This document shows, one piece after another, positions 50,780 through 63,144 of a stretch of DNA of 64,000 nt. The stretch comes from Octopus vulgaris. Taxonomy: Eukaryota. Positions within the stretch are counted from its first letter, which is position 1, and each line of letters begins with the position of its first letter. Both the position numbers and the translations under genes were made by a program. The notes under the pieces are model-generated. The model was not told the DNA's origin and ran no database searches. It was given only the letters and a program-made list of their open reading frames with translations. The stretch is from contig OX597818.1 in assembly GCA_951406725.2 (NCBI GenBank), positions 144,398,001 to 144,462,000 of the forward strand, in the 5' to 3' direction.

Positions 50780-51790
50780 ACGATACAAAATGCCAACTTA
50801 AAGAATGCCACAGTGCTGAAATATGCAGATGACATCAAGCTGTACCTCGAAATAAAGAGGTCAGATCCTGTACACTATAGATCTCTATTGCAATCAGACC
50901 TGGACACAATGCAGCAGTGGATCATGGACTGGCAACTCAAGCTGGCTGTGGACAAATGTACCACCATGCATTTTGGGAGGAAAAACCCAGCTTCTACTTA
51001 CTCCCTCCACAACACTAATCTCAAAAAGTCTTCTTGTAATGTGACCTGGGCATTATTGTCGGCAGCGATTTGCGTTGGACAAAACCCATCACTAAAATTG
51101 CCAAGAAGGTTGAGGGTGCCTTGGCATCACTCACCAAATCCTTTGCGAGCCATTCTCCGGCTGTCTATCTGCAGCTTTATATAGCTATCGTACGACCTCA
51201 CCTGGAATTTGCATCACCGGTCTGGAACCCCTATCTTGCCCAGGATATTAATCGTTTGGAAGCCTTTCAGTGACGTGCAACCAAGAGAATACCCTACATC
51301 AGGCATTTGCCATATTCTGAACGCCTTACTTCCTTGGGCATGGATACATTGAAACTCCAACGTCTGGCAGCTGACTTGGCTGACACCCATAAAATTATTA
51401 ACCATCTTACAAACAATAACTCTGAGCACGTTTTCAAACTCCATCTGTCTAACACCCATGGGCATGTTTACAAAGTCAGAAAACAGCACAGCTCCCATGT
51501 CTTTCAGAAACATTTTTTCATGTGAAGAGTTGCTGAAGTATGGAACAAACTGCCGGCGTCAGTTGTTAGTTGTCGGAGCACTGCATCCTTCAAAACTTCC
51601 ATGCTTCCTGAGATTCTACAACACTACACCTGATTTTCTCCCCTCCATACACACACAAGCGTGTATCTGACTCATACACTGTTCGCTTTCCAGACATTTG
51701 TACATTACTGCATATACTTTATACGCACTTTTGACAAGTTGTGGTGCATCTGAGCACTGTATACAATAATTTCATTATTATTTTATTATT
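50780..51790 (+). mobile_element. 5'-truncated CR1-like LINE with frameshifted RT C-terminus and (ATT)n tail
   Basis: LKYADDIKLY, LQSDLDTMQQW, VRPHLEFASPVWNPY, LPYSERL. Confidence 0.9.
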
Positions 51791-51937
51791 TAAAGAGACA
51801 AAAAAGGTTAGGTTGACAATAAATTTCAATTCTATCTTCATGGTCAAATCATTTTACTTGTTTTACTTTAATTTTTTCTTACTATGTATTTTTCTCTGAT
51901 TTAAAAAATAGATTTACGTAAGAAACATATATGTGTG

Positions 51938-51989
<52 letters not shown>

Positions 51990-51995
51990 CGTATA

Positions 51996-53262
51996 TCATC
52001 ATCATCATCATCATCATCATTTAACGTCCGCTTTCCATGCTAGCATGGGTTGGACGGTTCAACTGGGGTCTGGGGAGCCCGAAAGCTGCACCAGTCCAGT
52101 CAGATCTGGCAGTGTTTCTACAGCTGGATGCCCTTCCTAACGCCAACCACTCCGAGAGTGTAGTGGGTGATTTTATGTGCCACCGACACAGGTGCCAGAC
52201 GAGGCTGGCAGACGGCCACGCTCGGATGGTGTTTTTATGTGCCACCGACACAGGTGCCAGATGAGGCTGGCAAACGGCCACGATCGGATGGTGTTTGTTA
52301 CGTGCCCACAGCACGGAGGCCAGTCGATGCGGTACTGGCTACGGCCACGTTCGGATGGTTTTCTTGTGTGCCACGTGCACCGGCACTGGTACCACAAAGA
52401 TACAAATTCCATTGATGTTCATCTATTTTGATTTGTTTTGATTTGATTTGATTTTCACTTGCCTCAACAGGTCTTCACAAGTGTCACAAGAAGGAAGGTA
52501 TGCACAGGTGGACTGACTACGTCCCAGGTAGGGGCCACAGGTTATGGCCTGACTAGTCTTGCCGGGTCTTCGGATGGTGTTTTTATGTGCCACCGACACA
52601 GGTGCCAGATGAGGCTGGCGAACGGCCACGATCGGATGGTGTTTGTTACGTGCCCACAGCACGGAGGCCAGTCGGTGCAGTACTGGCTACGGCCACGTTC
52701 GGATGGTTTTCTTGTGTGCCACTGGCACTGGTACCACAAGATACAATTCCATTAATGTTCATCTATTTTGATTTGTTTTGATTTGATTTGATTTGATTTG
52801 TTTTGATTTCATTTTGATTTTCACTTGCCTCAACAGGCCTTCACAAGTATCACAAGGAGGAAGGTATGCACAGGTGGACTGACTAGTCTTGCCGGGTCTT
52901 CGGAAGGTGTTTTTATGTGCCACCGACACAGGTGCCAGATGAGGCTGGCGAACGGCCATGATCGGATGGTGTTTGTTACGTGCCCACAGCACGGAGGCCG
53001 GTCGATGCGGAACTGGCTACGGCCACGTTCGGATGGTTCTCTTGTGTGCCACCGGCACTGGTACCACAAAGATACAGATTCCATTGATGTTCATCTATTT
53101 TGATTTGTTTTGATTTTGATTTTCACTTGCCTCAACAGGTCTTCACAAGTGTCACAAGAAGGAAGGTATGCACAGGTGGACTGACTACGTCCCAGGTAGG
53201 GGCCATGGGTTATGGCCTGACTAGTCTTGCCGGGTCTTCGGATGGTGTTTTTATGTGCCACG
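51996..53262 (-). mobile_element. RTE LINE 3' end with a tandemly triplicated ~330-350-bp 3' UTR block
   Basis: (CAT)n tail at 51996-52020; blocks at about 52223-52571, 52572-52901 and 52902-53240, each ending (+ strand) in ctagtcttgccgggtcttc. Confidence 0.88.
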
Positions 53263-53266
53263 TACG

Positions 53267-53299
<33 letters not shown>

Positions 53300-53352
53300 A
53301 TATATATATATGTATATGCATATATACATACCTATATGTACATACTTACATC

Positions 53353-53390
<38 letters not shown>

Positions 53391-53436
53391 TACTTGGAGA
53401 AAAGAAAGGAAATGAAACGACGCGAGGGCGCTCAGT

Positions 53437-53671
53437 CATACAATAATTTAATAAATAAAATATATGCATACATACATACATATATGTACGTACCTACATC
53501 TACATGTATATATATACATGCATATATATATATGAGTACAGGACACCACAAATAGACGTAGAACTCAACAAGAAACGAAAACATAAAAACAAACATGGAA
53601 ATGGACTTTTTTTTAACAATGAAAGAACAGAGTACAAGACAAACAATACAAGGAATATTCCCCTTCATCAG
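53437..53671 (-). mobile_element. Second copy of the 47700-48030 repeat, 5'-truncated at CTGATGA
   Basis: Collinear with 47700-47935. Confidence 0.8.
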
Positions 53672-54060
53672 ATATTTATATCTGTGCTACAGATATAAAT
53701 ATCTCTTTGAAAATCAAAGAAAAAGAGGATATCTATGGACATCTGTTTCAAAACCTCCAGCTTCTATATCCAGACTATGAATTCATATTCATAGCTATAA
53801 TAATTGGAGCACTAGGTTTTGTCAGTAAATGCTTAACGGAGAATCTAGATAAACTGGGGTTTTCAGAAAGAGAAATCGACTAGCAAATTCGTACATTACA
53901 AGTGCAATCCATAAGTGGAACAGTAAAAATATGCAAGATTTTTCTCAAGTTCCAAATGTGAATTTGTCTGTGTAAACTACATCCCAAAGATGGAGCCTTG
54001 TATCTTTGTTGGAAACTGGCTCCCTCCTCAGTGAAAGATTTATAATAATTAAAAAATAGA
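53672..54060 (+). mobile_element. RLE-type (R4/NeSL-like) retrotransposon 3' fragment
   Basis: KIKEKEDIYGHLFQNLQLLYPDYEFIFIAIIIGALGFVSKCLTENLDKLGF...SGTVKICK. Confidence 0.7.
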
Positions 54061-54094
54061 AGAGACATACACACATATACATATATAGTTGTGG

Positions 54095-54530
54095 CAGATA
54101 CCAGTGTCACACAAAGGCATTGGTGCTGGTGGCACATAAAAACACCTTTCAAGCATTGGACCTCATGGAGGCAAGGACCAAGACCATTTGGAATTATGTT
54201 GGGCTTCGAGCATTGGGCCTCATGGAGGCAAGGACCAAGTCCATTTGGCATTACGCCATACTTGAGGAGAAGACCCATCAAGCCAAGTAAAACCACAGTC
54301 GTAACAGATACCAGCGTCATGCAAATGGCACCCTCACTGGTGGAAAGTAAAAGCACCCATTACACTCTTAGAGTAGTTGGTGTAAGGAAGGGGCATCCAG
54401 TCGTAGAAACCATGCCAAAACAAACTGGAGTCTGGTGCAGCCTTCAAGCTTGCCAGCCCTGCTCAAACCATCCAACTCATGCCAGCATGGACAACAGATG
54501 TTGAATTATGATGATGATGATGATGATGAT
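54095..54530 (+). mobile_element. Older RTE-related 3' fragment with (GAT)n tail and an internal ~57-bp duplication
   Basis: Tail ...catgccagcatggacaacagatgttg...gatgatgat. Confidence 0.6.
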
Positions 54531-55289
54531 ATATATATATATATATATATGTATGAATGCATATGTATAACAAAAATCTGAGAATTTAACATTGATAAAC
54601 AGCAAAATTTTGAATAGAACACTTGAAAATCACTTTTCCATTTAACCCAGACAAACCCAAAATATTCTTGGAAATCATAGTAACTGCAACAGTTGCTATT
54701 CTAGGCTCAAGCTGTTTCAACCAAAATACATAATGTGATATTGAATTTTTACAAAGGGAGAAATTCAATACCACACTGTTTATTGTGTTTGGCCTTTGCT
54801 CTAGACATGAAACATTTCAGAAATAGAAACAGAGGTTAAATAGTGGATTTGATGTGCAATGCCAGGCCTGTCAGTCTGTCTGTTTGTTTGTCTATCTCTC
54901 TGTCTCTCTCTTTTCCTCTTTCACACATACACACACAAAACGAAGCAAACAAACAAATTTGTGATGGAGTGTTCAAAATAATTGCGATCCAGACTGAAAC
55001 GTGGCATCTCAAGTATTAGGTATTCATGTCACTATCAGCTATTTGATAAGTTACCCTGCATCAGATAGGTACATGTGTATTATGTGACTGTGGTGTAAGT
55101 GAAAGTATAATCTTCTGCTGGAGAAGAATTGCAAAAGAAATAAATGTGGGGAGCATATCTTTGTAACTGCTTGAAGTCCTTCATTCTCAGTTGAAAAGAG
55201 GTAGTAATGCAGTTAGGGCAATGTTCTGCATCTTATTCCATGACATCTGGTATCCTGAATTCATTTGCTCTCGACCTCCTGTCACTCGT

Positions 55290-56240
55290 TAACATACATT
55301 AACGAAATAGATGTCTACTTGAAGTATGCAGACAACATTAATCTGTACCTTGAGATAAGAAAGAATGGATCCTATACATTACAAATCTTGCCCACAATTT
55401 GTTCTGAACACAATGCAGCTATGGACTGCTAACTGGCAACTCAAGCTGGCTGTAGGCCATTACACCACTATACATTTTGAGAGGTTAAACTTGGAATTTA
55501 TCTACTTCCTACACAACATCAACCCAAAGAAGTCTGCTGGTGAATGTGACTTTGGATTTATTGTCAACAGTATTAGATTAGCCACATTTCTAAAGTCATC
55601 AAAATGGCCAAATGTGTCTTAGCATCACTCAGTAAGACCTTTGTCAGTTGCTATACATGGCTATGGTATGTTCACACTTAGAGTTTGAAACTCTGGAAGC
55701 CCCATCTTGTCTTGCAACAAGTCACTATATCTTGCATGTATTGTTTCTCTGAACATCTAGCATTTATCAGCTGATTTGGTAGAAGCCTAGAAAATTATCT
55801 ATCATCTTTCCAACAGCAATTTTGGCCACCTTTTTTAATTCAGTACTTCTATCGCTCAAGGACATGTTTATAAAATCAAAAAACAATGTAGCACTCATGA
55901 TTTTCATATACATTTTCTCACATTCAGAATTGTCAAAGCATAGAATAAACTACCTGCATCCGAAGGAAACAGTGCCCTGACAGCTAGTCAGAGCACTGCA
56001 TCATTAAAAAATGCCATGCTTCCCAAAATTTGCCAACATATACCTGATGTGTCTATACACCTCTTATGACTCTCTTCCTATTCAATTTTCTATCATTGTG
56101 TTTTATTCAGCAGACTGTGTATATATTCCAAGCCTTCTTTGCTGTCTTTCTTTATTTGACTATTTTCAGTTTCCTCTTTTCACATTTTCTGATGAGTAGT
56201 AGACACCTGAGCACTGTATGCAATAAGCTCATTATTATGT
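55290..56240 (+). mobile_element. Heavily degenerate CR1-like LINE (same family as 50780-51790)
   Basis: LKYADNINLYLEI, MQLWTANWQLKLAV; ends cctgagcactgtatgcaataa...attatt. Confidence 0.75.
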
Positions 56241-56548
56241 AAAAACTGCAAGGATTTTGTCATAAGCTCTCATTATTCTGCCGGTTCACATCCTAGTTAC
56301 CAAAAATAGTATGAAAGAGAAAACTTTATGGCATTCTGAGTGGCTAATTTGACAACCATAGATACTGTATCCTTGATAAATGTTTCCTTTGAAGTGCAAC
56401 TGAGAGCAAAGCTGTCAAAGACCATGCTCATACATTAAGCGATGCCATTAGATTTACAAAGAGGAGGAACTTCTGAGTTCCAGAAAGCTCAAGGGTGCAG
56501 TTAGGGGATGGCTATTACTAACATTTCCAATTAGAACAATATTTGTCC

Positions 56549-56588
<40 letters not shown>

Positions 56589-57050
56589 TGTCATTGTCAT
56601 AGTCACCAACATTACTGCCACCACCACCACTACCATGACTATGACGACAACCACCACCACCACCACCATGACATGATGACGACGACGACGAGGATGACGA
56701 CGACAACAACGATGAGGATGATGATGAGGATGATGATGAGGATGATGATGAGGATGATAACGACGACGATGAGGATGACGATGACAACAACGATGAGGAT
56801 GATGATGAGGATGATGATGAGGATGATAACGACGACGATGAGGATGACGATGACAACAACGATGAGGATGATGATGATGATGATGATGAGGATGATGATG
56901 ACGATGACGACAACAACGACCACCACCATTGGTAATAACCATGCCAACAACAGCAACAACAACATTTATGTTGAGATGGTAGTTTGAGAGGATATCCTCT
57001 GGCTTCTAAACTCATAACCATCAACAACAGCAGCAACAACAGCAGCAACA
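56549..57050. repeat. Compound trinucleotide array: (CAT)n, (CAC)n, (GAT/GAC/GAG)n with a higher-order ~66-bp unit, then (CAA/CAG)n
   Basis: Direct reading of the sequence. Confidence 0.9.
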
Positions 57051-57899
57051 ATGTGTTTTTCGATGTCCATTTTTGATGTAAAGCTTTGGTTTCTAATTTA
57101 AAATATCAGCTGATTGGAAGGTGAAATTGTCAGACTGTAGGAAACATGATTCAAGTAGGATTGCACTAATTATAAATGACACAACCCAGAGAATCATTTT
57201 AGATAAAATTATTTGTAAAAGAAGGATAGAATATTATAAATATAAAAACTAAATATTGATTAGATGTGTTAATTGAAGTTACATAAATAGAAATTCATTA
57301 ATAGTTAGATTAAATAAAACAATGTAACGATGGTACTTTACAGAAAGAGAAGGACATTTTTTTTGTTCATTTCCCATAGCTCTTTTACTATTTTATATTC
57401 AGTCTAATATGCTAGAAATAATGGGATAGGCTTGAAAACATGAGACGTTATTTTGTTAGTGCTATTTTGTTGTTGAATATCCCACCAACTAATACTGCTT
57501 AGACTATTACTGGAAGAATAGTGTAATCTGCTTCAGATATTTGCATGTATGTCTAGCATTTAGCATAATTTTCAGGGATGAGAAAACATACCATCAGGAG
57601 TTCTCAAAAGAACTTTGTAGCCAGTTATCTCAGTTTGAACACTGATAAACAAAAATAAGTGTTTTGTAGCCAGCCAGCCAGCCACCCTGGTTAATAAATC
57701 AGCATTCTAGCCATAGTGGGTGGCCACAAAATTCTTTTTTCCTTTTTTTTTTAGAGTATTCATAGAATGAAAAGAACAAAAACATTCAGTAATGTTATTA
57801 TAGTATTGGAGAATTATTGGCAAGTTTCGATTTAGAATGTATCTGAAAAGTCAGGTTCAGTCTCCAGTCATAGCAATTTTACTTACTCCACTAATGTAT

Positions 57900-58170
57900 T
57901 TGAAGGTGCACAGCCTAGTGATTGGGATGTAAGATTGTGGTTTCAATTCCCATACTGGGAAATGCATTGTGTTCTGGAGCAAAACACTTCTTTTCATGCT
58001 ACCCCAGTCCACTCAGATGTAAATGAGTCCCAGCAGTAACTGGAAAATAAACCCTGTGATGAATCAGCATCCTGTTCAGGGGGAAGTGTTATAATCTCAG
58101 TCACATAAACACCATGGAAACAGGGTTAAGCTCCAGTCTTATGAGTCCTAGGGCTCATGATTGACCTAAC
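57900..58170 (+). mobile_element. tRNA-derived SINE, family C (old copy)
   Basis: Similar to the reverse complement of 45722-45960. Confidence 0.6.
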
Positions 58171-58584
58171 TAATATGTTAAAAAAAAGGCATGATCGATT
58201 CAACTTCAAGCAAATTGGTATTGTTCCTAAAGCATAGGACAATATGTCTTCCAATATTTTTTCCATGCCTCTTAGTTCAAATCCCACAAAAGTCAGCTTT
58301 GCTTTTCATTCTTTTAAGGTCACTAAAATAAAGTACCATCCTTGATGGTGAATTGGCAGAAGTGTTTGGGCAAGATGTTGTGTTGTGTTTTGTTCAACTC
58401 TTTGCATTCTGAGTTGTTGTGGGTTAAAACTTTATTTGTTGTCCAGTCTAATACCACCACCTTGACCACATTGGTGCTTTTTGTAGAGTCTGCTGCAAAT
58501 ATTCAGAAGTAAGAAGAAAACAAATTATAATAATACGAAAAGAAAAAGATGTGATGTGTGTCTGCGTGTGCACACGTATGTATG

Positions 58585-59148
58585 TACTAGCTGAATAGCC
58601 TGTTGTTGCCAGGCAATTTTTGCAGTAGACTGTCTTATATAGATTTTGTTTATTCCATGTCAGACTATGTCTTCCATGACAGACGGGCCTCTTGAGCAGG
58701 ACAGATTTGTGCAATTTTTTGCAAAAAACTTCATTGAGGATTTTTTTTCCCCTTTGTAAATTATTTGTATGTCTGTTAAACCATTTCATATGCCTTTATT
58801 CATTTAAACTTCAGAAGTTCTTACAACGTTGGTTGTTGTAATGTTTTGCTTTCCTTTGTTTAATGAAAATTCCTCTCCCTAATGATTTTGCTTTCATTTG
58901 GGATGGGTGCCTATGAAGCAGAAAATGCCAGCTTCTAAATCCTGTTTCTGATTTGGTAAAATTGATTAAACTTTAAACCTCAGCAACATTTTTCTGCAAT
59001 TTTTTTCTGAAACAAATAAATAACAAAATCAAATTTAATCTGGAAAATTATTTCAATATGCCAAATTCGAAAATTTTGATGTAATTTTAAAATCTCACAA
59101 TATGTGACAGCAACAGGGGAGGACCCTACGCAAGTGGAGAGAGAAACG

Positions 59149-59188
<40 letters not shown>

Positions 59189-59740
59189 TTACAAACATAC
59201 ACAAAGGTAATCATGAATTTAACATGGTGTACAGTAGACACATGTATGTATGTATATATGTATGTATATATGTATGTATGTGTGTATGTATGTGTGTATG
59301 TATGTATGTACATATGTATGTACATATGTATGTGCATATATGTATGCATGTGTGTATGTCTGTGTGAGTGTTTCTTTGCAATGGTCATCGGAAAGCCACC
59401 TACCCCCTCTCTCCTTAAAGCTATGTATTCCTCACATCCACCTTTCTCTGTGTGTGTTGGGGTGGTATCTATGTATATTGCTTACGTAATGCTGTTCTTG
59501 CCTTCCCTGATATAAGTCCCCTCACTCTGCTACTGCATTTCCCTCAGACTTATATGTTTTGCACCCTTCTCATTTTATCATATAATTCGCCCAACCCCTT
59601 GGGGAGCACATTATAGATTTTTATTGAAATCCAATTTGTCTATTATTGAACTGGATGTAAGTCTCACATGTAAGCAAAGTTTCATGAATATTGGTTCACT
59701 GGTTTAGGCACTATGATGGTAACAGACAGACAGAAATTGC
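58585..59740 (+). mobile_element. Possible non-autonomous Helitron-like element with internal microsatellites
   Basis: 5' ACTAGC...cctgttgttgccagg start; 3' region aaagtttcatgaatattggttcactggtttagg...agacagacag resembles Helitron-type non-autonomous repeats. Boundaries uncertain. Confidence 0.35.
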
Positions 59741-60656
59741 CACTTTCTCTCTCTCTCTCTTTCTAATCATGTACCTCCTCTACAATAAGACACCTGTTTC
59801 TGCTCCTCTGTCACACTCTAACATCTCATCACCTGGCTCAAGGCCACCTCCTTCAATAACCTCCTCTCAAAGGGTCTTTGTCTTGTGAGTTAGTTGGTGA
59901 CGCCACCAGTGCTGGTGCCACGTAGTATCTAGTCCACTCTGTAAAGTGGTTGGCATTAGGAAGAGCATCCAGCTGTAAAAATCATGTCAAAACACTTCGC
60001 CATTGCTGATGCCAAATAAAAAGCACTCAGTCTACTCTGTAAGGTGGTTGGCATTAGGAAGGGCTTCCAGTCATAAAAACCATGTCAAAACAGAGAGTGA
60101 AGCCTGGTGGAGTCTCCTGGTTTGCCAGCTGCTGTCAGAACCATCCAACCCATGCCAGCATGGAAAATAGATGTTAAAAGATGATGATGAAAGAAAGAAG
60201 TAACAGTTGAAAAAGAAAGAAAAACAAGAAAGGCACAAAGTGAAAGGAAAGTGAAAATGGAGGAAGAATACAATGAGCAGAGAGTGGAGAGGAAGAAGGA
60301 GAAAAAGAAAAACCTGTAGGATGTTTATTTTACAAGTAGATACCAGTAAAGCTGCCCCTGCTGCACATTTTGGTAAACGCCTTTGATGCACAACTGCATT
60401 CTCAGCACCCACTCAGCCTCTCCTGTAACTAATAGGAGTAAGAAAGCAGTGGGACAGCATCAAAGATTTTGGCCAAAGAAAGCAACGATGTCTGGCATTA
60501 AGGAAGTCGTGTTACGTTGTTGCAAAACAAAATTAAAGTAAATAACTAAATGAAACAAGAAACTTTAGAATGTAATTTGAATTTCAACAAAAAAGAAGAA
60601 CATAAAAATGAAATAACAGAGAAAAATAAGAGAAAAGAGACAGAATGTATGTACAA

Positions 60657-61005
60657 GGTAAGAAGCTTGCTTCCCAACACTTACCCAAGGTGCTACTGTG
60701 TGGCACCTTCAGTAAGTGTCCACTATTATAGCCTCGGGCTGACTAAAGCCTTGTGAGTAGATTTGGTAGATGGAAACTGAAAGAAGCTCATTGTATATGT
60801 GTGTATATATGTGTCTGTATTTGTCCCTCCACCACCGCTTGACAACCATTGTTGATGTGTTTACGTCCCCATAACTTAGTGGTTTGGCAAAGAGACTGAT
60901 AGAATAAGTACTGGGCTTACAAAGAATAAGTCACAGTGTTGATTTGTTCAGCTAAAGATGGTGCTTCAGCATGGCCACAGTCAAATGACTGAAACAAGAA
61001 AAAGA
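60657..61005 (+). mobile_element. tRNA-derived SINE, family A
   Basis: Reverse complement of the 3002-3410 family. Confidence 0.75.
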
Positions 61006-61099
61006 AAGAATATATATATATATATTATCCCTCATGCACATATAGATAGATATAAACACACACACACATATATATGCTATATATATATATATATATATC

Positions 61100-61380
61100 A
61101 CAATTGCAGCGTGGAAGGTGTTTATAAGCCATTTAAGGAAACACACAAAAGCCGTTCGATTCACTTCAACATTTAAGTTTAATTTGTCAAAATATTTTCG
61201 TCGCTTTAAGACCGCGACCTCTTCACTGACAAAAATCCGTGCTGCATTTTTGTCAGTGAACAGGTCGCGGATTTTAGCGACAAAAATATTTTGACAAATT
61301 AAACTTAAATATTGAAGTGAATCGAACGGCTTTTGTGTGTTTCTTAAATGGCTTACAAACACCTTCCACGCTGCAATTGT
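61100..61380. repeat. Long palindrome (arms 61100-61236 and 61246-61380, 9-nt spacer); each arm carries a minimal hammerhead-like motif
   Basis: Arms are near-perfect reverse complements. Motif TTTGTCA-GTGAA(C/G)A-G-GTCGC..GCGAC-(G/A)AA-AATATT-T-TGACAAA. Confidence 0.9.
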
Positions 61381-61436
61381 TTTCGTTTCAGCACACGATC
61401 TCAGATTAAATCACTTGCTATGCGAGTACATCTCCG

Positions 61437-61477
<41 letters not shown>

Positions 61478-61605
61478 TATACAGATATGTATTAGCTGCC
61501 TTCATATTCCATCCTGAAGGCAGGCCTAATTTTTAAAATATTCATTACATTCGCTTTTGATTTTTAGCAAGCGGTATCTTTACCCTTCTTTTCTTCAAAT
61601 ATTTT

Positions 61606-62195
61606 ATATTATACCTGTGCACTACAGCTCATTAAAAAATGTAACCAAAACTGCAAGAACAATACATAGAATACAGACAGCAAGTGAACAGTGCAGAGGT
61701 CTTTAAAAAAAAAGAAAGAAGTAATGGGGTGGGGGACATCAGGTGTGCTGCTGGCAAATTTCAAGAAGCATGGAAGTTTTGAAGGACGTAGTGTCTCAAT
61801 AACTAACAACTGATGGAGGTAATTTATTCCACGCTTCAGCAATTCTGAGTGTTAAGAAATGTTTCCAAAATTCATGGGTGCTGTGTTGTTCTTTGCTTTT
61901 GTATGTCCATGAGTGTTAAACATATGTAATTCAAAAAGATGCCCAAGTTGGAAAGATGGTAGATAATCTTGTGGGTGTCTATCAAGTCAGTTGCCAGATG
62001 TTGGAACTTTAATGTGTCCATGTCCAAGGAAGCAAGACGTTCAGCATGTGGTAGATGCCTGATGGCAGGTATTTGTCTGGTTGCAGGTTTCTGAACAGTT
62101 TCCATCAGACTGGTGATGCCCAGCAAGATAGGGGTTCCAGACTGGTGATGCCCAGTAAGATAGGGGTTCCAGACTGGTGATGCAAACTCTAATAC
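61606..62195 (-). mobile_element. Degenerate CR1-like LINE 3' fragment with a ~33-bp tandem duplication at 62105-62185
   Basis: ETVQKPATRQIPAIRHLPHAERLASLDMDTLKFQHLATDL. Confidence 0.75.
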
Positions 62196-62494
62196 TTCAA
62201 TAATTACAAATATGCAGCTCCACCCAAGATGTATGTACGGCTGTATGGCTAAGATGTTTGATTGGTAACCACTTGGTTTCTGGTTCGATCCTACTGCATG
62301 GTATCTTTAGTAAGTGTCTTCTGCTACGGCCTTTGGTCATCTCACCAGTGTCTTCTGAGAGAAGTCTTGCTAGTCACCTCATTATTACTGTTTTAACAGT
62401 AATAATACTTCATATATTTATTTTTTTATAAACAGATATGTGTATACATATATAAATACATATGTATATACATACATATGTATGTATATGTTGT

Positions 62495-62540
<46 letters not shown>

Positions 62541-62659
62541 GAGAGAGAGAGAAAGAGATAGAGATAGATAGATACAGATAGACAAACAGATACACACATG
62601 TATACATCTATACATATATTTATATATGTATTTGTGTGTGTGTGTGCATGTTTGTATGC

Positions 62660-63045
62660 ATGCATATATGACTGTTCATCTATCAAGAACCATGTAGTTA
62701 TCTTTGGGTGGTCAGGTCATGTGAGTGCTCAGAGGACTAGTTCGTCCAATCGGTGCATGGAAGTGTGCATCAAACACAGTCTGCTTCCATTCTTCATGGT
62801 TGAGGTTAAAGCCTTCAGTGAAACTTTTAGACCATTTTGGTAGCACTTTTCTCGGCCAACTCAGAAGCTTTTACTTTGCTGCTTTTCATCATAGAACAGT
62901 TTCTTCGAGATCTGGTGATGTAAACTAGGTGACCTGGCCAGTGCAGCTGTAACTGCATCAGAATCATATAGATACTAGGCATTTCAGCATGAATCCTCTG
63001 TATCAGAAATCTTGCCCTATCATTTAATGTGCCAAGACTTTTTCC
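62660..63045 (-). mobile_element. RTE/BovB-like LINE 3' remnant
   Basis: MPSIYMILMQLQLHWPGHLV, followed by KQLF.DE / YKM.LKVSLK-like segments. Confidence 0.5.
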
Positions 63046-63088
63046 TATGTAGTTGATGTGTATGTGTGTGTGTGTGTGTGTGTGTATA

Positions 63089-63143
<55 letters not shown>

Positions 63144-63144
63144 T

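Noticed and set aside
56454-57051. Poly-Ser/Asp/His/Met ORFs, one with a signal-peptide-like start
   Set aside because: They are open in several frames on both strands because of trinucleotide repeats; no convincing splice context or domain.
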